64,000 bases of DNA from Tubulanus polymorphus (GCF_964204645.1 NC_134028.1:4650001-4714000); one strand, 5' to 3'. Positions 41,925 through 56,400 are shown, counted from the stretch's first letter. Numbers and translations are program-made. Notes: generated by a model not told the origin, from the letters alone.

Positions 41925-44900
41925 TTATATTGTACATGCAAATACACCTTTTTTAGAAAATTCTCGACGACAGCAGCTGAAAATACCACCAACGATTACT
42001 GAAATTAAGATTAACGATCCAAGCGTAGCAAAAATAATGAGCGTTATTTTCTCTGCGTTCGGTTTTGGAGGCGGTTGTTTATAACCTTTCAGATCAAGTT
42101 GCCTCAAAATCACAATTACAGGATTGGAATGGTCGCCTTTATTTGACGCTGCATCGACTCCTCTGACGCTGAAGATATAACTGCTATTACTCTGCATGGT
42201 CTCGCAGTCGATTTTGACGATCATACTTTTTCCTGGTTCTGTTTCGCTGTTGATATTACCAGATAGGACGCGAGCCTCGGGAACAAGCGACGGATTATTG
42301 CTTCTTAATTTGTAATCTTCCATTGAATTGTAATAGAGTATCTCGTGTCTCGCTACTGAACAAAAAAAAAACGTATGTTCGTTCCTTTCTTTATGTTACG
42401 CAACATGATAAAGAAAAAACAGTGTATGTTCAGTGATTTCCAGTGGCCATCCTGACAACTAAAACGTTGCCAAAGTTTTGCGTGATCTGTTCTAAAATCG
42501 TATGTGATCTAATATGACTGCTTATGCGTGAAAGCGGTCTAAGGATAAACGTTTCAAGACAATAAGACTACATAGGCAACATACCGTTTCCTTGGTCTAT
42601 ATCATCTCCTGTGGAAGTGAACGAAAACGTGACGATCTTCTTTTGTACGTCAACACCTTCCAGGGCAAAATCTCTTACTTTTCCCGGTTCAATAAGATCA
42701 TTTACATTTCTTTTGTAATTCTGAACAACGAATGCACCAACAGAGGCATATCTGTTGAAAACACCTGTTGGTTTTGTTGTCAGTACCGGAATTTCCCCTA
42801 CAAAACAATATCAGGGTATGAATATAAACAACTTACTTCCATCGTTGACAGAATTCAAGAGTGGGCCTGATGATTCGTTGTGTAGAATTTAAAATCTAAA
42901 TTGACCAACTTTGAGAAAAGCAGCTAACCGAGGTGACCGATTGACCTTACAACGAGGGAGACTTTTCTTTGGATTAAAAACGCTAATATTTGTTACCATT
43001 AGTGGCCGCTCCGCCAGCATTGCTTCGGTAAAAGATGCGAGTCCGTTTGTGGCCGTTTGCAAACAATGATATCCCGTATCGGCCATTACCATTAAAATTC
43101 TTCGCGACATACGTTCCAGTGTAAATACCATCATCTTTTTGAACGTCGTATCCTGATTTATAAGCACAGATTTATAAGCACATGAACAACCCCGCAATAC
43201 TGATATTTCAAAGTTAATTCATCAGAGAGTTTCGCGATTTATCTATGATCCCAAAATCCCAAGAATGACATTCTTTCTGTTTCATTGTAAATGGGATTTA
43301 GATAAATCTCGAAGCCCGTGAGATAAAAAACTTTGAAATATCATCAAATTTTGGGATTGCTTATTCCATCACTGATAATACAGCTGTTTATCTGTCAAAG
43401 ATATATAAAACTTCATCAACTCTTATTTGGTGGCGAACAATATTTGAAAAGTGGATCTTACCAGTTCCATCATCTCGTAATGAAATCGGATAGTCGGCTG
43501 CGTTAGGACGTGTAATAACAACTGAAACCTTCGCCCTTTTAATCGGAGTGTATCCTTGTTTAACGAAAGCGGTGATTTTTAGATGGCTTTTTCCTGAATA
43601 GTCCACTTGATAAGAATTGACTGAAGCTTCAGCAGTGATAGCTCCGACTGATTGATTCGATGCCGATGAGGAAATGCTGAGACTAACGCTTTCATTGCTT
43701 GTCGACATGATCGAATACTTCCACGTACCGATCTGTAACGAGGCCAAAATCGAGTCTAAATCCCACAATGAAAAACCGAAAAGTTGAAATATCGACAGGT
43801 TAAAATCTATTCATGATTTTTTGTTTTATTCTAAAAACAATTATCGAGGGATGATAAGTACATGACATTTCATATGAGATACAGAACGTTACACACTCAG
43901 TCCAGCCCTCATTTAAATTGTAATGCAAATTAACTATGCGTTCTTGAAGTAGAATACACAAAATAAAGATCGACTAACTCGAAATTTCACCAGAATAAGT
44001 AAACAAAAGCTATACACAGATATAGACCAGTGGAGAATTTCAACCTGAGAAGAAAAATCTACCACTGACCCCACCTCCCCATCCGCCTTACCCTCTCCTC
44101 TGTACATACCTGCGCTTGGCCTTTGATTTTCACGATAGTTTGTCCAAAATCTGGATCACGTTCAAATATCAAAATAGAAGAGTTTTCCGTATGTGAAAAA
44201 TTTCGAGGATCTGTGAGGTTGACCGACGACAGTGGCAGTTTGTGAGAAATTATCAAAGTCGTACCTAAACCGATCGATCCATCGATGACAAATGTTTGTT
44301 GGTCGCTAGTTTGGATATCCACCTAGTAACAAATAAAACAACATATTACATTATTTATTGCGCGTATACGTAATAAACGTACATACATACATATGTATAC
44401 AAACCGAGTTAGTTCCTCCGGTATCCTTTAAACACTGTGACAGGATATTTACTGGTTGTCCGGTTATAAAGTAACACGATCTCCCATTGTGTTCAGAAGC
44501 TAATTTTTCCAATTTAGCATCTGCATTAATTCCAATAGCGATCGCGTCAACTCTAAGGTGGCACGATTTCAAAATCTGTTTTGTTTTGTCAGTGTAGTTA
44601 TTGAAATCTTTGCCATCAGTTATAACGACGAGTTTGCCTCCTCCATCGGCGCAGTGTCCAGAATCATTTATCACCTTTATATTGAACAGATACAAATCAT
44701 TTTTACTGATTGAACTGTACAATATGGATCAATATAACCGTTTTAAAACTATACAAAATTTCTTGAGTGTTTACTGAAGAAGCGGATGTTTTCATCATAA
44801 ACTATTGCAAATGATTATATTTACTGATATATCGATTTCATATACTGATATATCGATCGTGTATCGTCAACAGATATATAACTGATTTATATTGTATAGA

Positions 44901-47900
44901 AGGATTTACCTTGACAGCTCGTTCGATGCCCTTCTGGATATTTGTACCACCACCAGTCGTATCGGGCAAAGCTTTGATGAGTTTACTACGTTCGGTTTCG
45001 ACCAGTGTCGGACCTATGTTTACCCGGGGTGAAGAATCAAACTGCACAATGGATATCATCGTTTCATTTTTTGCAAATTGAGAAATGTAGTTTTTCGCCG
45101 CCGTTCGGAGAAGAGACAATGGCTTCAGTTGAAAAGAAATCAATGATTGATGAATAGACTTAACATAATCTAGCTGGATAGAAAAAGTATGCGGCTTTTC
45201 GCCTACTTTTATGACGAGCTATTTACAGATCTAAAACTGAACCTTTGTAAATGGCTCATAGAATTTATTCTATTTTTCTTTCTTAATGGGGGTCTTTCTT
45301 CAGTGTAAACTTAAAAACGTCTAGAAATGATGTTGGGAAAGGGAGTAAGATAAGATCCACTTCAATTCAATTCAATTCAATTCATACTTTATTTATCCTT
45401 GTCGAAACATTACAACATCAGATATACAACAATAAAGTGAACACATTACAATTACAGTTACAAACAAGAGAGACAAGTTGAAAAAGAGAAGAAAGAGAGA
45501 AAAAAAAGAAAAAAAAACATATGCAGCAAAATTACGATTTACAAGTCGACTAACATACCTCACCACGCATGCTTCCAGATTTATCGAGAACCAGTACTGT
45601 ATTCTTTATTCGAATTTCTTTGACGATGCGAAATGTTGGACGTGTATCAGTTGTGCTTCCCAACGTGTTGTCTCCTGAAAGACGAGATGTAATGCAACTG
45701 GGCATAAATACGTATACTATACCCTTCAAACATCAGCTGGATTTACAGACATGTTGTTGTGATCATTTTTATGACTCATACGTACATTTATCTGTCTATG
45801 GAAATTAATAACTCACCATTTTTGAAATCGTCGTGATCTTTCATCACTTCCCAAGCGCTCCTCAAATTACAAATACGATTCTGCTTATTCGAGGCTTCTT
45901 GGTTATGAGTTCCTTCATCACAAAATGCATCAACCTGACAAATATTTGTAAATCATTCGAACATTTTTTACATAGTTTCGATGATTGGAGCGAAAAAATA
46001 TTTTAATCATCACATTGAAAGAATTCAATTCAGGTTTTCTAAACTCCAAAATCCATCGTCAGAATAAACAATTGTTTTTATTCAAAAATTGCCTTCTTTC
46101 AATCCCTTGGAGAACGGATGTTATTTTCAAGAAAAATTGGGCGCAAAAAGATAATCAAGATAAATATTCTTTCTTTCAGGTACGTATCTTAAAATGGAAG
46201 GGAACAGGAAAAATATGAATACGAACTCTATATCATTCAAATATTTTCAAAATCTGAGAAAATTGTGACGAATTCAATTCCAATGATACGGAAAACGAAG
46301 AAAACTTACTTTTTCCATATCACGAGATTGAATATTGAGACGGAAATATCGACAACAACAACTAAATCAATGCTTTTTGAAAAACTGTGATGAAAACACG
46401 ACGCAGGATTGTTTACTTAATTTGATTGTTTTTCGCAGAGGGGGAAGATCCATACTCCAAGTTATTGGAAATATATATTTTTATTTTTCTATTTATTTTA
46501 TTTATTATAGTGACATGTACATTATATATGAAAATAAACAGAATATAAAGGTTTGGTACCCAGCCCTAATTTAGACTTATAAGTCACTATATATCGCATG
46601 ACATAATATTACGAATATACATATATCTGCACATGTATATACATATAAACATACATATATACATACATACACGTACACACACATATATAAAGATATTTCT
46701 ACAAAAAATAAATGGTTAAAAAATTATTATATACTTGATTTCTACTATATATGTATGAACACTCACCCCGTCCAGATTCTGGCCGAACATTATTGAAGCA
46801 CTTCCCGTCTCCTGTTTGTCATTCGCTTTGAACGTACATTTACCCGTAATGACATTACCATCCCATTCACAATCGCCTTTAATCTCACCGATGATATCAT
46901 CCGAACACCTTTTTAAAATATGTTTCTATAAACTATGTGTGTTAGGTCTAGCCAAACTACAGACAAAAATAGCATTATGGTTTTTTTTCTATTTAAAATT
47001 ACACTTCCTACATTCAACAAGCATCGTCGAACTATAGCCACAAGACCACACACCCTGACGTGATGAAAAGATGATTAACATATTAAAATCCACCATATAC
47101 AAAGTTAAAAGATCAAAAACAAATTTATTCATCACATCATAACTGTGAGTCCTGTGTTTTAAAATCCACCATATGCAAAGTTAAAAGATTGAAAACAAAT
47201 TTATTCATCACATCAAAACTGTGGAGTCCTGTGTCAATAGCTGAAACTATTTATTGGGTCAGCTCTACCCAGAACCCCGGAAATGTCCAACTTACTTAGT
47301 CGCGACTATTTTCTTCTCCTCTGAACTGATGTAAAACTGCTCTTCGTCGGAAGTTGGATACTCGTCGAATAAACCCCATCTGAGGTGACCCCATTCATGT
47401 ACCAGTACCTTACCTGGAATAACAATAGAAATAAGTTCCAGTTAGAAAGAAATTTGAATCAATTCTCAGACAAAGAGTCTCAGAAAATTCATAAAAACGA
47501 TAACAATATGAATATATCATCTCATTTTCTAATGAGTAAAAACAGTTTATTAATACCAGCGTTTCCGGGACCATATCACCTCATCAGATGAGTTGGTTTC
47601 CCCTCATCAGATGAAATACACGTGAATCCAATGAATAAAACTACATATTTTACAAGTGCTGAATTTGAATTGAAATCAAATCGTAAAGAATATATCGTTC
47701 AGTGAGTACCTGGCTCTCCGAGTGCAGCATTTCCGATAACGACATAATGGGGGGTTAGATGAATATATTCGCCAGGTTTACCACATCCACCGGCTTGAAG
47801 AGTGTAGGGGATTTTGCCGTGAAGTTTGTTTTCTTTGTCAATTTTAATGATGGCTTCATCCAATGTTGCTCCTTTATCGTTCGCCGAAGTGCTCGTCTTC

Positions 47901-48658
47901 CAGCTCGAAGGCACAACAATTGTTATATTGCGAAAGAAAGTTTGCCGTTTCGTTGCTGTGAATAATCTTGCAGATGCATCGGTCAAATATTCCTTTATGG
48001 CAATAAAATTCGCAAGGTGTAACATATTTACAATTTCTGGGGAAATCTAATTTCTGTTAGGGGGTGTAGTCAATCAAAAATGATTTAGTTCCGCAGATGC
48101 AAGTTCAATGAGGTCCTTTTTTTCAAAATACATTGGATGAATAAAAGTAGAATAGCCACACTCAAACGTAGTGAACAGATAATTAGATAAAACCCACTAT
48201 GTACAAATCATAAGCGTTTTAAAAATCGAGAATTTATTTGATCAAACAAATAGAAGAACACGACGTTTCCATCTCCCCAGAGATCATCGTCACACCAAGC
48301 AGTGAATTATTGACGGATCCGCCGGTGGAAATTGAATGATTGAATAAATGAATTTAAAATCACCCTTTCCCTCTTTCCCTAGAAATGTCGCTGTTGTAGA
48401 AAATCGCTCAATTTATTTCTAAAAATGATCCAGAGTATATCTCAGTGAATCATATAAGAACAGTTGAAAATCTTTGTTCATATTACTACTTACTTGAAGA
48501 CGTTTTAGTAATCTCGGGTGTTCTACAACATCGGGCCCTATACCGACAATGATTCCTTCATATCCACCGTTTACTAGTGTAACCGCGTCCTGCTTACTCG
48601 CAGTAACCCCAGTCACTAGTATCACAACTAATAGAACTAACTGTAACTTGGTCAACAT
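41925..48658 (-). CDS. CLCA-family protein (calcium-activated chloride channel regulator), multi-exon, with C-terminal TM helix
   Basis: Signal peptide; [11 protein letters not shown]; [10 protein letters not shown]; [20 protein letters not shown]; zinc-protease [15 protein letters not shown]; v[12 protein letters not shown]; LRDDGTG; SVRGVD; hydrophobic C-terminal segment. Confidence 0.92.
47555..47610 (-). mobile_element. Possible degenerate hammerhead motif (two tandem CTGATGA) in a CLCA intron
   Basis: Minus strand CTGATGAggggaaaccaactcatCTGATGAggtgatatggtcccgGAAACgctgg then aataaa; stem II imperfect. Confidence 0.3.
48148..48293 (-). mobile_element. Half copy of the 12.2-kb PLE/hammerhead element in CLCA intron 1
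   Basis: ccacactcaaacgtagtgaacagataattagataaaacccactat...acacgacgtttccatctccccagagatcatcgtca aligns with 12140-12280. Confidence 0.7.
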
Positions 48659-48869
48659 CTTCAGTGCCAGCGATGATATGAAATTGTAAACACTTGGTTT
48701 CACTTTTATAAATCGTTGGCCTAATGTTTAATTGGTACGCGTCTGGTTTTATTTGACGAGCTGTTTATCAAAAACATTATATAATAAAAGAATACTACAC
48801 AATCAGACCAGTCCTAAAAAAACATGAAAAAATCTAAATTCCTTATTTTCATTTTCTTGAATAGCCCTC

Positions 48870-49190
48870 TTCCTGGTCGAGGGTCGTAGATTATATAAGT
48901 GGGGTTTCATTTTCTGACAAACCACTGTGTACTGTATCTACAAAACATTTCTACGTATAAATCAAAAGAAATGACATCATTGTGCAAAATCAATCAAAAG
49001 GTATGCAAACGTTTGTTCCTGTTGGTCGAGGGGCGTAGAGTGGGCCATTTCTTCCTGGTCGAGTGTCGTAGATTATGTAAGTGGGGTTTTATTTTCTGAC
49101 AAGCCACTGTGTGCTGTATCTTCAAAACATTTCAATATATCAAAAAAGGACATCATTGTGCAAAATTAATCAAAAGGTATAAAATGTTTG
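48870..49190. repeat. ~180-bp tandem duplication upstream of CLCA
   Basis: cttcctggtcgag.gtcgtagattat.taagtggggttt...catcattgtgcaaaat.aatcaaaaggtat occurs twice. Confidence 0.8.
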
Positions 49191-49344
49191 TTCACGATGT
49201 TTAATATATTCAAAATGAACGCATAAATGCCGGAAGTTTCCACCTCGTACAGTCGAACCACCTTGACCAATGACCCGAGGTGAGTCTCGAAGTCTGACTG
49301 GACAGACAGCTGTAGTGGTGTCAAGTCATGACATGGTCGTCTCT

Positions 49345-51208
49345 AAAGGCTGGCTTATGTCGACAAGCAACGCGACTCCTACCGACGCAACCGAGAGCAA
49401 CTGCGATCGCAGCCCAGCTTATGTCGATTGCGCTCCGATTCGCAGGAACTGAGGCCGACAATCGGGATACGAGATCCTCCCAGTTTCTTCCCTGCTTATG
49501 TCGGTTACGATTACTGGCAACTGCAACGGCTCAGATGGTCACGTGATAAGCACTTGGGGAATAAATTTGAATTATTTTGAATTATTGGGAAATATATTTC
49601 TATTAGAAAAGCTTTTTCTTTAAGATCTTTATCTTTCTGATTCTGTTTTAAATACAATGAGCTAGTGACATCATAACGATGGCCGCTAGCGCTCACACCA
49701 TGATTCTACCAATTTCGCTTCTAGATCTTCGGTCCAGTCCTCTGCCGTGCTGAAGGTTTGGTTGACGTTTCGAAATACTGGAATTTGAAAGTTTATGACT
49801 AATTACAAATGACGCTAACCAGCGGTCATAATTTTTTCTATGTATATTCGGTCTCTTATTGGCTGGAACCCTTGCGCTTAAAGCCTGGCGCACACGAGGC
49901 AATTTTCAGTCGCCGGTTGCTGCGACCGATTTTTGAGCAACCGTTGAGCAATCGATCGCTAGGTGTCGCCCGATGGAGAGGCGATTATCTTTCGCGCCAA
50001 ACATTTTTATCATGTGACTTGTCAAAATGGCCACGCTACTAACCCGGGTGATGCCGTATTTGGAAGTATCACATGATAATTATTCGTTTAGTCATTGGCT
50101 AGGTTGATGAGGTGCTCGTTGCTTGGGGTCTCCAGCTACCGCACACGGGCAACTCCCGAGCGATCGGTGAGCAATTTCCTGGCGACAAGCAATTTTCCGT
50201 CGCCCAATATCAAACATGTTTGATATTGGGCGACACGGAGCAATTCCTTTCGACAACGAGCAATCGCTGTCGCCCCTTGCCGCAGACGAGCGATTTTTTC
50301 GTTCGACGCCGAGCAATTCGGGCGGTTACTCGAGAATTGCTCGAAATTGTCGCCCGTGTGCGCCAGGCTTCAGTTCTGTCGCGTCGCAGATGAGCTTATG
50401 TCGGTTGCGATCGAAAGCAACTGTCCGCCTACCGTATGCCGGAGTAGAACATGGGCAACTAGAGTCGGATACTGCTTCGCGACGAGTTTGTAGGCGTCGG
50501 GTTGCCGTCTCAAGCCGGCTTATGTCGAACCGATAGAGCAGCAACTGGCGGCCTCTAGTAGGCCGCTAGTTGCCGCTAATCGGCGATAAACCCAGTTGCA
50601 TCGGTAGGCGTCGCGTTGCCTGTCGACAGGCTAGCTTATGTCGACAAGCAACACAACGCCTACCGACTCCTACCGACGCAACCGAGAGCAATGATCGCAG
50701 CCCAGCTTATGTCGATTGCGCTCCGATTCCCCGCAACTGAGGCCGACTAGCGGGATATACGAGATGCTCCCAGGTGCTCTCACTGCTTATGTCGGTTACG
50801 ATTACTAGCAACTACACCGGCTCTCAGATGGTCACGTGACAAGCATTTTGAGAATAAATTTGAATTATTTTGAATTATTGGGAAATATATTTCTTTTACT
50901 AAAGCTATTTATTCAAGATCTTTATCTTTCTGATTCTGTTTTGAATACCAATGTGCTAGCGACATATAAAGATCGCCGCTCTCACCATAATTCTACCAAT
51001 TCCGATTCTAGATCTTCGGTCCAGTCATCTGCCGTGCTGCTGAAGGTTTGGTTTACGTTTTGAACTACTTGAATTTGAAAGTTTATGACTAATTAATTAC
51101 GAATGACGCTAACTAGCGGTCATAATTTGTAATATGTATATTCGGTCTCTAATTGGCTGGAACCCCTGCGCTCAGTTCCGCCGCAGATGAGCTTATATCG
51201 GTTGCAAT
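49345..51208. mobile_element. Tandemly duplicated ~0.8-kb non-autonomous DNA-transposon-like unit with recurrent GCTTATGTCG motifs
   Basis: 49350-49880 is repeated at 50633-51171; GCTTATGTCG recurs about nine times; no transposase ORF. Confidence 0.65.
49881..50370. mobile_element. 490-bp MITE (PIF/Harbinger-like) nested in the first unit
   Basis: TIRs AAGCCTGGCGCACACG / CGTGTGCGCCAGGCTT; internal perfect 36-bp palindrome 50199-50234; absent from the second unit (empty site at ~51171). Confidence 0.85.
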
Positions 51209-52164
51209 TCTTTCCTTTCTAGATAAGACCCACAAGAAAGGAACAGTGCCACCGGTGTGAACCCGCTGCCCGACAGCATATCTTCTCGAAATGTTGCACC
51301 GGGAGGTGCTGCCCTCACTAGAGCCATTTTAGGGACGAGCTCAAAATTATATAGTCCTCGCTATTCTTCGTTTCACATTCCGGAGGACGTAAAATGAGCC
51401 ATTCGTGTGGAAGACAATAACTTCTATTCTATCATATAAGAGTAAAATTAATGATATCGTCATATTTAGTGATATGCATAAATACGTGAATGAGTATCTA
51501 TAATTCAGAGACGGTCCCCCATTGTGTTCGAGTTGACCTATATTTTCTGGGTCGCTTTCTACTACACTAATTGGATATTCTGATATTCCGCTTTTACGGT
51601 AAGAGTCTTTGATATTTTTGATGCGTCCTACGATGCTCTAGGTGTTGACAATTTCATTGGAGTTTTCAATGAATATTTCTATGTGGACATCGACGTAAAA
51701 TAACCGCAGATATTTTAGTAGTTTTCTCACTCTAGCGCGTGTATAGTCTGGGTATTAACCGTCCAACATTAATTCATTAGAGAATAGAACTATACGCATA
51801 CGGATAGCGAGGTCGAATATTTCAAATGCCCCTTGCGAGCTGTTCCCAGCTTGACTGATGAATTTTGCCAGTTTCCTAGCGCTGTTTAATTTTACGAGTG
51901 TTAGGCAAGTACTGGTACTGGTAGTGGTAGTAAGTAAAAAAGTAGCACTAATATAAGAGTAGGCCCTCGGAATCTGATCAGGCCTTGTAGTAAATAGGTT
52001 TTTGGCTTTATAAAATTGAATACCTGGCTATTGTCAACAGCAGGGAAACCTGGTGAAATCAGAGATCTAGAAAATCTTGAAGAAACCAGCGAAGTCGACG
52101 GATTTTGTAAAAAACCTGAAAAACTCACAGAATTATGATGGCTTTTTCTTAATCAATTTGTGTT

Positions 52165-52381
52165 AATGAGAGAAATCCCACAATAATATTATATATGTTT
52201 GCGCAACGTTTCGGCTAAATACTACTAGCCATCATCAGGCGTACTGATGATGGCTAATAGTCTTTAGCCGAAACATTGCGCAAATATATACTCTTCTACT
52301 CAAGTTTCTCGTTTTGGCTGAATTTATTGTGGGATTTCTCTCGTTATCATCATACACGGATATTGTGTATCTTCTCGTCTC
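52165..52381. mobile_element. Fold-back PLE derivative with hammerhead cores on both strands; same family as 850-1051
   Basis: + strand CTGATGA 52244-52250, GGCTAA..TTAGCC, GAAAC; - strand CTGATGA (52238-52232) GGCTA..TAGCC GAAACGTT; 13-bp TSD ATCAATTYGTGTT at 52152-52164 and 52382-52394. Confidence 0.85.
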
Positions 52382-53129
52382 ATCAATTCGTGTTTTTTTT
52401 TTAAAGAATGAATTAATTATAACATTTAAACTAAGAAATTACTTTATTGATCTGCTGCAGATTCACTTGGGATAATTTTGTGGTAGGCCCTATTACATTA
52501 AAAAATAAAGGAAAACTCAGGTAATTTGTAAAGGGGGAAAGTAACCACTGTGTATAATGCCATCCTGTACGATGTCACAATGTCTGCGTCTAGCAAATTT
52601 CAGTTAGGCCTATAATTATATTATGTAATTTTTAATGAATGTCTACACATGATCGTTTTGAGGAAGCCTGTACGGACCCTGGTCCCGAGCGAGGTGACCT
52701 GGGAGGTCGCCAGTCTCACCCGCTAGTTTGTTTGTTGGCGCGTGTGCTCGGATATTTATAAACTTCAAGAGTTCAGTCTGTATCTATTTATAGTGATGGA
52801 AAAAATTTGGGGCGACGGATTTCGAGTGCATAGGGACGTATCGCGCTGTCTAGTCAGCCGCTGTCTGACACACTGACCCAGTCTCAATATTATTCTTGTC
52901 TCGGCGTATAGTAGTATAGCAGTTGTTTGCAAACATACCGCAAAATAAACCGCGTTAGTGAGCGTGATATTGACACCGCTTTACTCGTTAAAATTCGTTA
53001 GAATTAATGAAATATTGATTTCATTGAGATGTGACTGCTATAAATCTTTTTTGGTGATGGAAGTGTAAAACCGCAATCATTAAAACGTATCAGGCCTATA
53101 TGGTTTACACTGTCTTATCTTCGCTTGTT

Positions 53130-53310
53130 AAGTCATCGAAGAGTAAATCATCACATTACTGAAGTCATCTCTATTTTCAAGTCCCAATTTGGGTTTTTCC
53201 AATTCATTTTACTAAGTGTAAGTCGTCATTTTATTTTAGAGACATCAAAATAGTAATTGTCCTAACTATGATTATATTACTATTATTTATGATTACAGCG
53301 ACTCAAGTGT
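53130..53310. repeat. Dispersed AAGTCATC/AAGTCGTC-rich repeat (other copies ~20700-20830, ~56710-56850 inverted, ~60085-60240)
   Basis: Shared core catcacattactgaagtcatct...gtcccaatttg..tttccaattca. Confidence 0.6.
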
Positions 53311-53408
53311 GTAACTGATTCTATTGTATTTATTTCAGATGTGACGCTGAATCCCGAGATATAAACACAATGAAGCTGATTCCGATGTTAAGTCGCTGAA
53401 AATTTTGG

Positions 53409-56400
53409 ATGGATCCAAATGGTGGTCAAATTGCTGGACAGTGGCCACCTATGGTTACGCGGTCACCGGGATTTAATATCGCGCAATCAGCTGATATGAA
53501 GGATACTGGATTTATACCGAGTAGCCATCAGTTTAGTGACAGTCGTAACCCTGACCTTCATCAACACGTCAAGGTATCAATTCTGCATATTTCAGTTTTT
53601 TTGTCATTTCGCACCCAATCAGTTTACAACTACTGTTTGAAAGTTGTCTTCGATGAAGCATTCATGAAAGCCCCTGGGTTACCATAGCGATTGATAATGC
53701 ATCTGCTCCTTGGAGAAGGATGAGGTGGGAGCCTGTACTGTAGTCGTTTGATTCGACATCACTAGAAAATCTATAACACTGATACCAGCAGCAGCAGCAG
53801 CAGCAGCAGCCTGCGTTTATGTAACTAAGCATTTTCAAGTTGTGCCCCTCGATTATCACTATCAGTTCCCCTCTGGCCTCACTATCAGTTTTTATGAAAA
53901 TTTAGGCTGACATTTGTGTTCAACCCAGGTGACAGTTTTCAGCCTGGTTGAGAGTATTCAGCCTCATTGACTATGTTCAGCCCAGTTGACAGCGTTCAGC
54001 CCGGTTGACAGTGTTCAGCCCGGTTGACAGTGTTCAGCCTGGTTGACAGTGTTCAGCCCGGTTGATAGCGTTCAGCCCGGTTAACAGCGTTCAGCCCGGT
54101 TGATAGCGTTCAGCCCAGTTGACAGCGTTCAGCCCAGTTGACAGCGTTCAGCCCAGTTGACAGCGTTCAGCCCAGTTGACAGTGTTCAGCCCGGTTGACA
54201 GTGTTCAGCTCGGTTGACAGTGTTCAGCGTGTCATTGATTCTACAGCAGTGGCATTGGATGTGCAGCGACTGCAGCGGCGAAAGCAGCAGCAATGATTTA
54301 CTGAATGACGTTTTTTTTTTTCTGTGAATACCACGTTTTTGGAGAAATTAAATCAATTCGCCGCGGCAATATTTAGAACCTGTCCTAAGTCGGCATTTGG
54401 CCGCAGCAATCAAAAGTTGCTCCCAATGCGCCTGTACAGTAGCTGTGATAACTTCGACCGGACCCTCGTTGTTAGACACTGCATTCATAGTTTACACCTC
54501 ATTTTTACTCGTGGAACAAAAACCATAGTAAAGAAGAGAGAACAGAGAATAGTGGTCTTTATTGTGAATTCGGGTTCATAAGTTCAATGTAGGAACCATT
54601 TGAGGAGTTAGTTATATTAAGTTGAAATGATAAAAAGGATTATGTTGCATATAGTGTATTTGCTGGGTCTTCTCAGTTAGATAACATCATCTCTGCTCAT
54701 AGGATAACATTGTTTTAGTGAGAATATTTTCTAGGGTTAGGTTAGGTGTTGTTATTAGGGGTAATTGAGGATCCTGATTAAATCAAAACTTTCCTAATAC
54801 TTACACTATTGACATTGAATAGAAGTGTTTGTAAGTGATTGTTTTGTTGCATTGTTTGTGTCAGGTGTAAGGTGTTGGGTGTAATTAGTTTAATGTGTGG
54901 TAGTATGACTGGTTCCGGATGGACACCTAAACCTAGTCCTATACAGTTCATATTTCATAAAAATGATGAATAAAGATGATCACCGTTTATTATTTCTGCC
55001 TCGGTGGATTCAGGTCACGGCTCCCTATAATAAATCCGACTGGAAATTGACTGAGTCTCTTTGCTTTGTGATCGTTAGTGCCCGCTGTTTTGCTTTGTGA
55101 TTAGGTCAAGATAGGCTATTGTCGCGAGTTGCGCTGACCCCGAGAAAATGTAGATAGAATTTTAAGAAGTGTATAATTATTTAATAGTGCACCGTGCAGT
55201 GTTGAGTGTTCACCTGTACTACTGTCTCTCCTGCTTCATGACTACTTTCGAAAAATGACTACTTGACGAACTGACTACTTTCGAAACGACTACTTGATGA
55301 AATGACTAATTGATGAAAGCTTCTGAAATTCACTAAAATCACTCATCTCTCAATGTAAGTAAAGGTGGATGTGCCGTGGTTGTAGGGAGATGTACGTATG
55401 ATATTGCGCTGTGACTCTGTGAAGGCACCTGTACTGATACGGTGTGTTGTTGCATGTTAAAGATGAATCACTATCACAACGATGACAAAAGCTTCTCTGT
55501 AATGGATTTTGTCGTGTGTATGGATAAACGGCGCCTGGTTTAGGGTCTGGGCCGGACGAGGGAAAGTTATTTGAATTAATTTTAGAATCCGTCCTGATTA
55601 TATGTTTTATGCACGCGTTGGATCTGTAGTGATATGCGCAGTGTGTTAAGAATCAATGAACTGCTCATTGATGGTATATAAACACGGGCTGACTGTGTAC
55701 ATGCATGCGTAGAGTATTGAATGAATAATCGGCTCCTCAGGTCTGATCAATAATACCGATGCTGCTGCTGCTGCTGCTACTGCTGTAGTCGTCCTCTCAC
55801 TCTGCTGCTGTCAGCATCACTACTAACTGCAGTCCCTTGTGTTCTATCATCGAGGATATGTTTAAATTTACGCGGATTCGCGACGGTTCGGGAACGGGTT
55901 CGAAACGTCGTCCAATAGGATTGCGTTTAATCGTGGTTTAACGAATGATCCGGTGAGTGATTACTGAGCATGTGCGGTAACCGGCGTATCAGAGGCGCGC
56001 GTCGGATTCCAGTACCGCTCGCGCGTTGCTCACCGCTCGTCTCTACATCGCGTAGAGCGGTGTTTTTTGCGCGCCACGTCGCTGTACCGCGAGTTCATTC
56101 ATGATAACTACGTTTCAGTAGAGTTTACTACGAGATTTTACTCATTTCTATTTTTGAACGCATTTCTAGTTTGCGTATTGATTATTTGATAGTTTCTAAT
56201 GACGTCACTGATTGTCCGTCTGTAGATTTGTGACTTTCAACAAATTTATCAGGTTTTTTTTAAGGGTTTTATTCTTTACAAACTTCGATCCTTTGTCTGA
56301 ACTGAATACAAAATTCAGTGTTCGGTTTCTTGAAGTTAATATTATCTTTATCTACTCAGAATTTCTTATTCCTATAATTTTGATGTATATTAGTCTTCGC

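Noticed and set aside
49270-50544. Cluster of short ORFs on both strands
   Set aside because: By-product of GC-rich palindromic MITE sequence; no transposase motifs
51240-51430. Possible HDV-like ribozyme in a GC-rich patch
   Set aside because: The nested double pseudoknot could not be assembled; more likely a SINE-like remnant
53930-54228. 19-bp repeat as CRISPR or coding repeat
   Set aside because: No spacers; a simple intronic minisatellite
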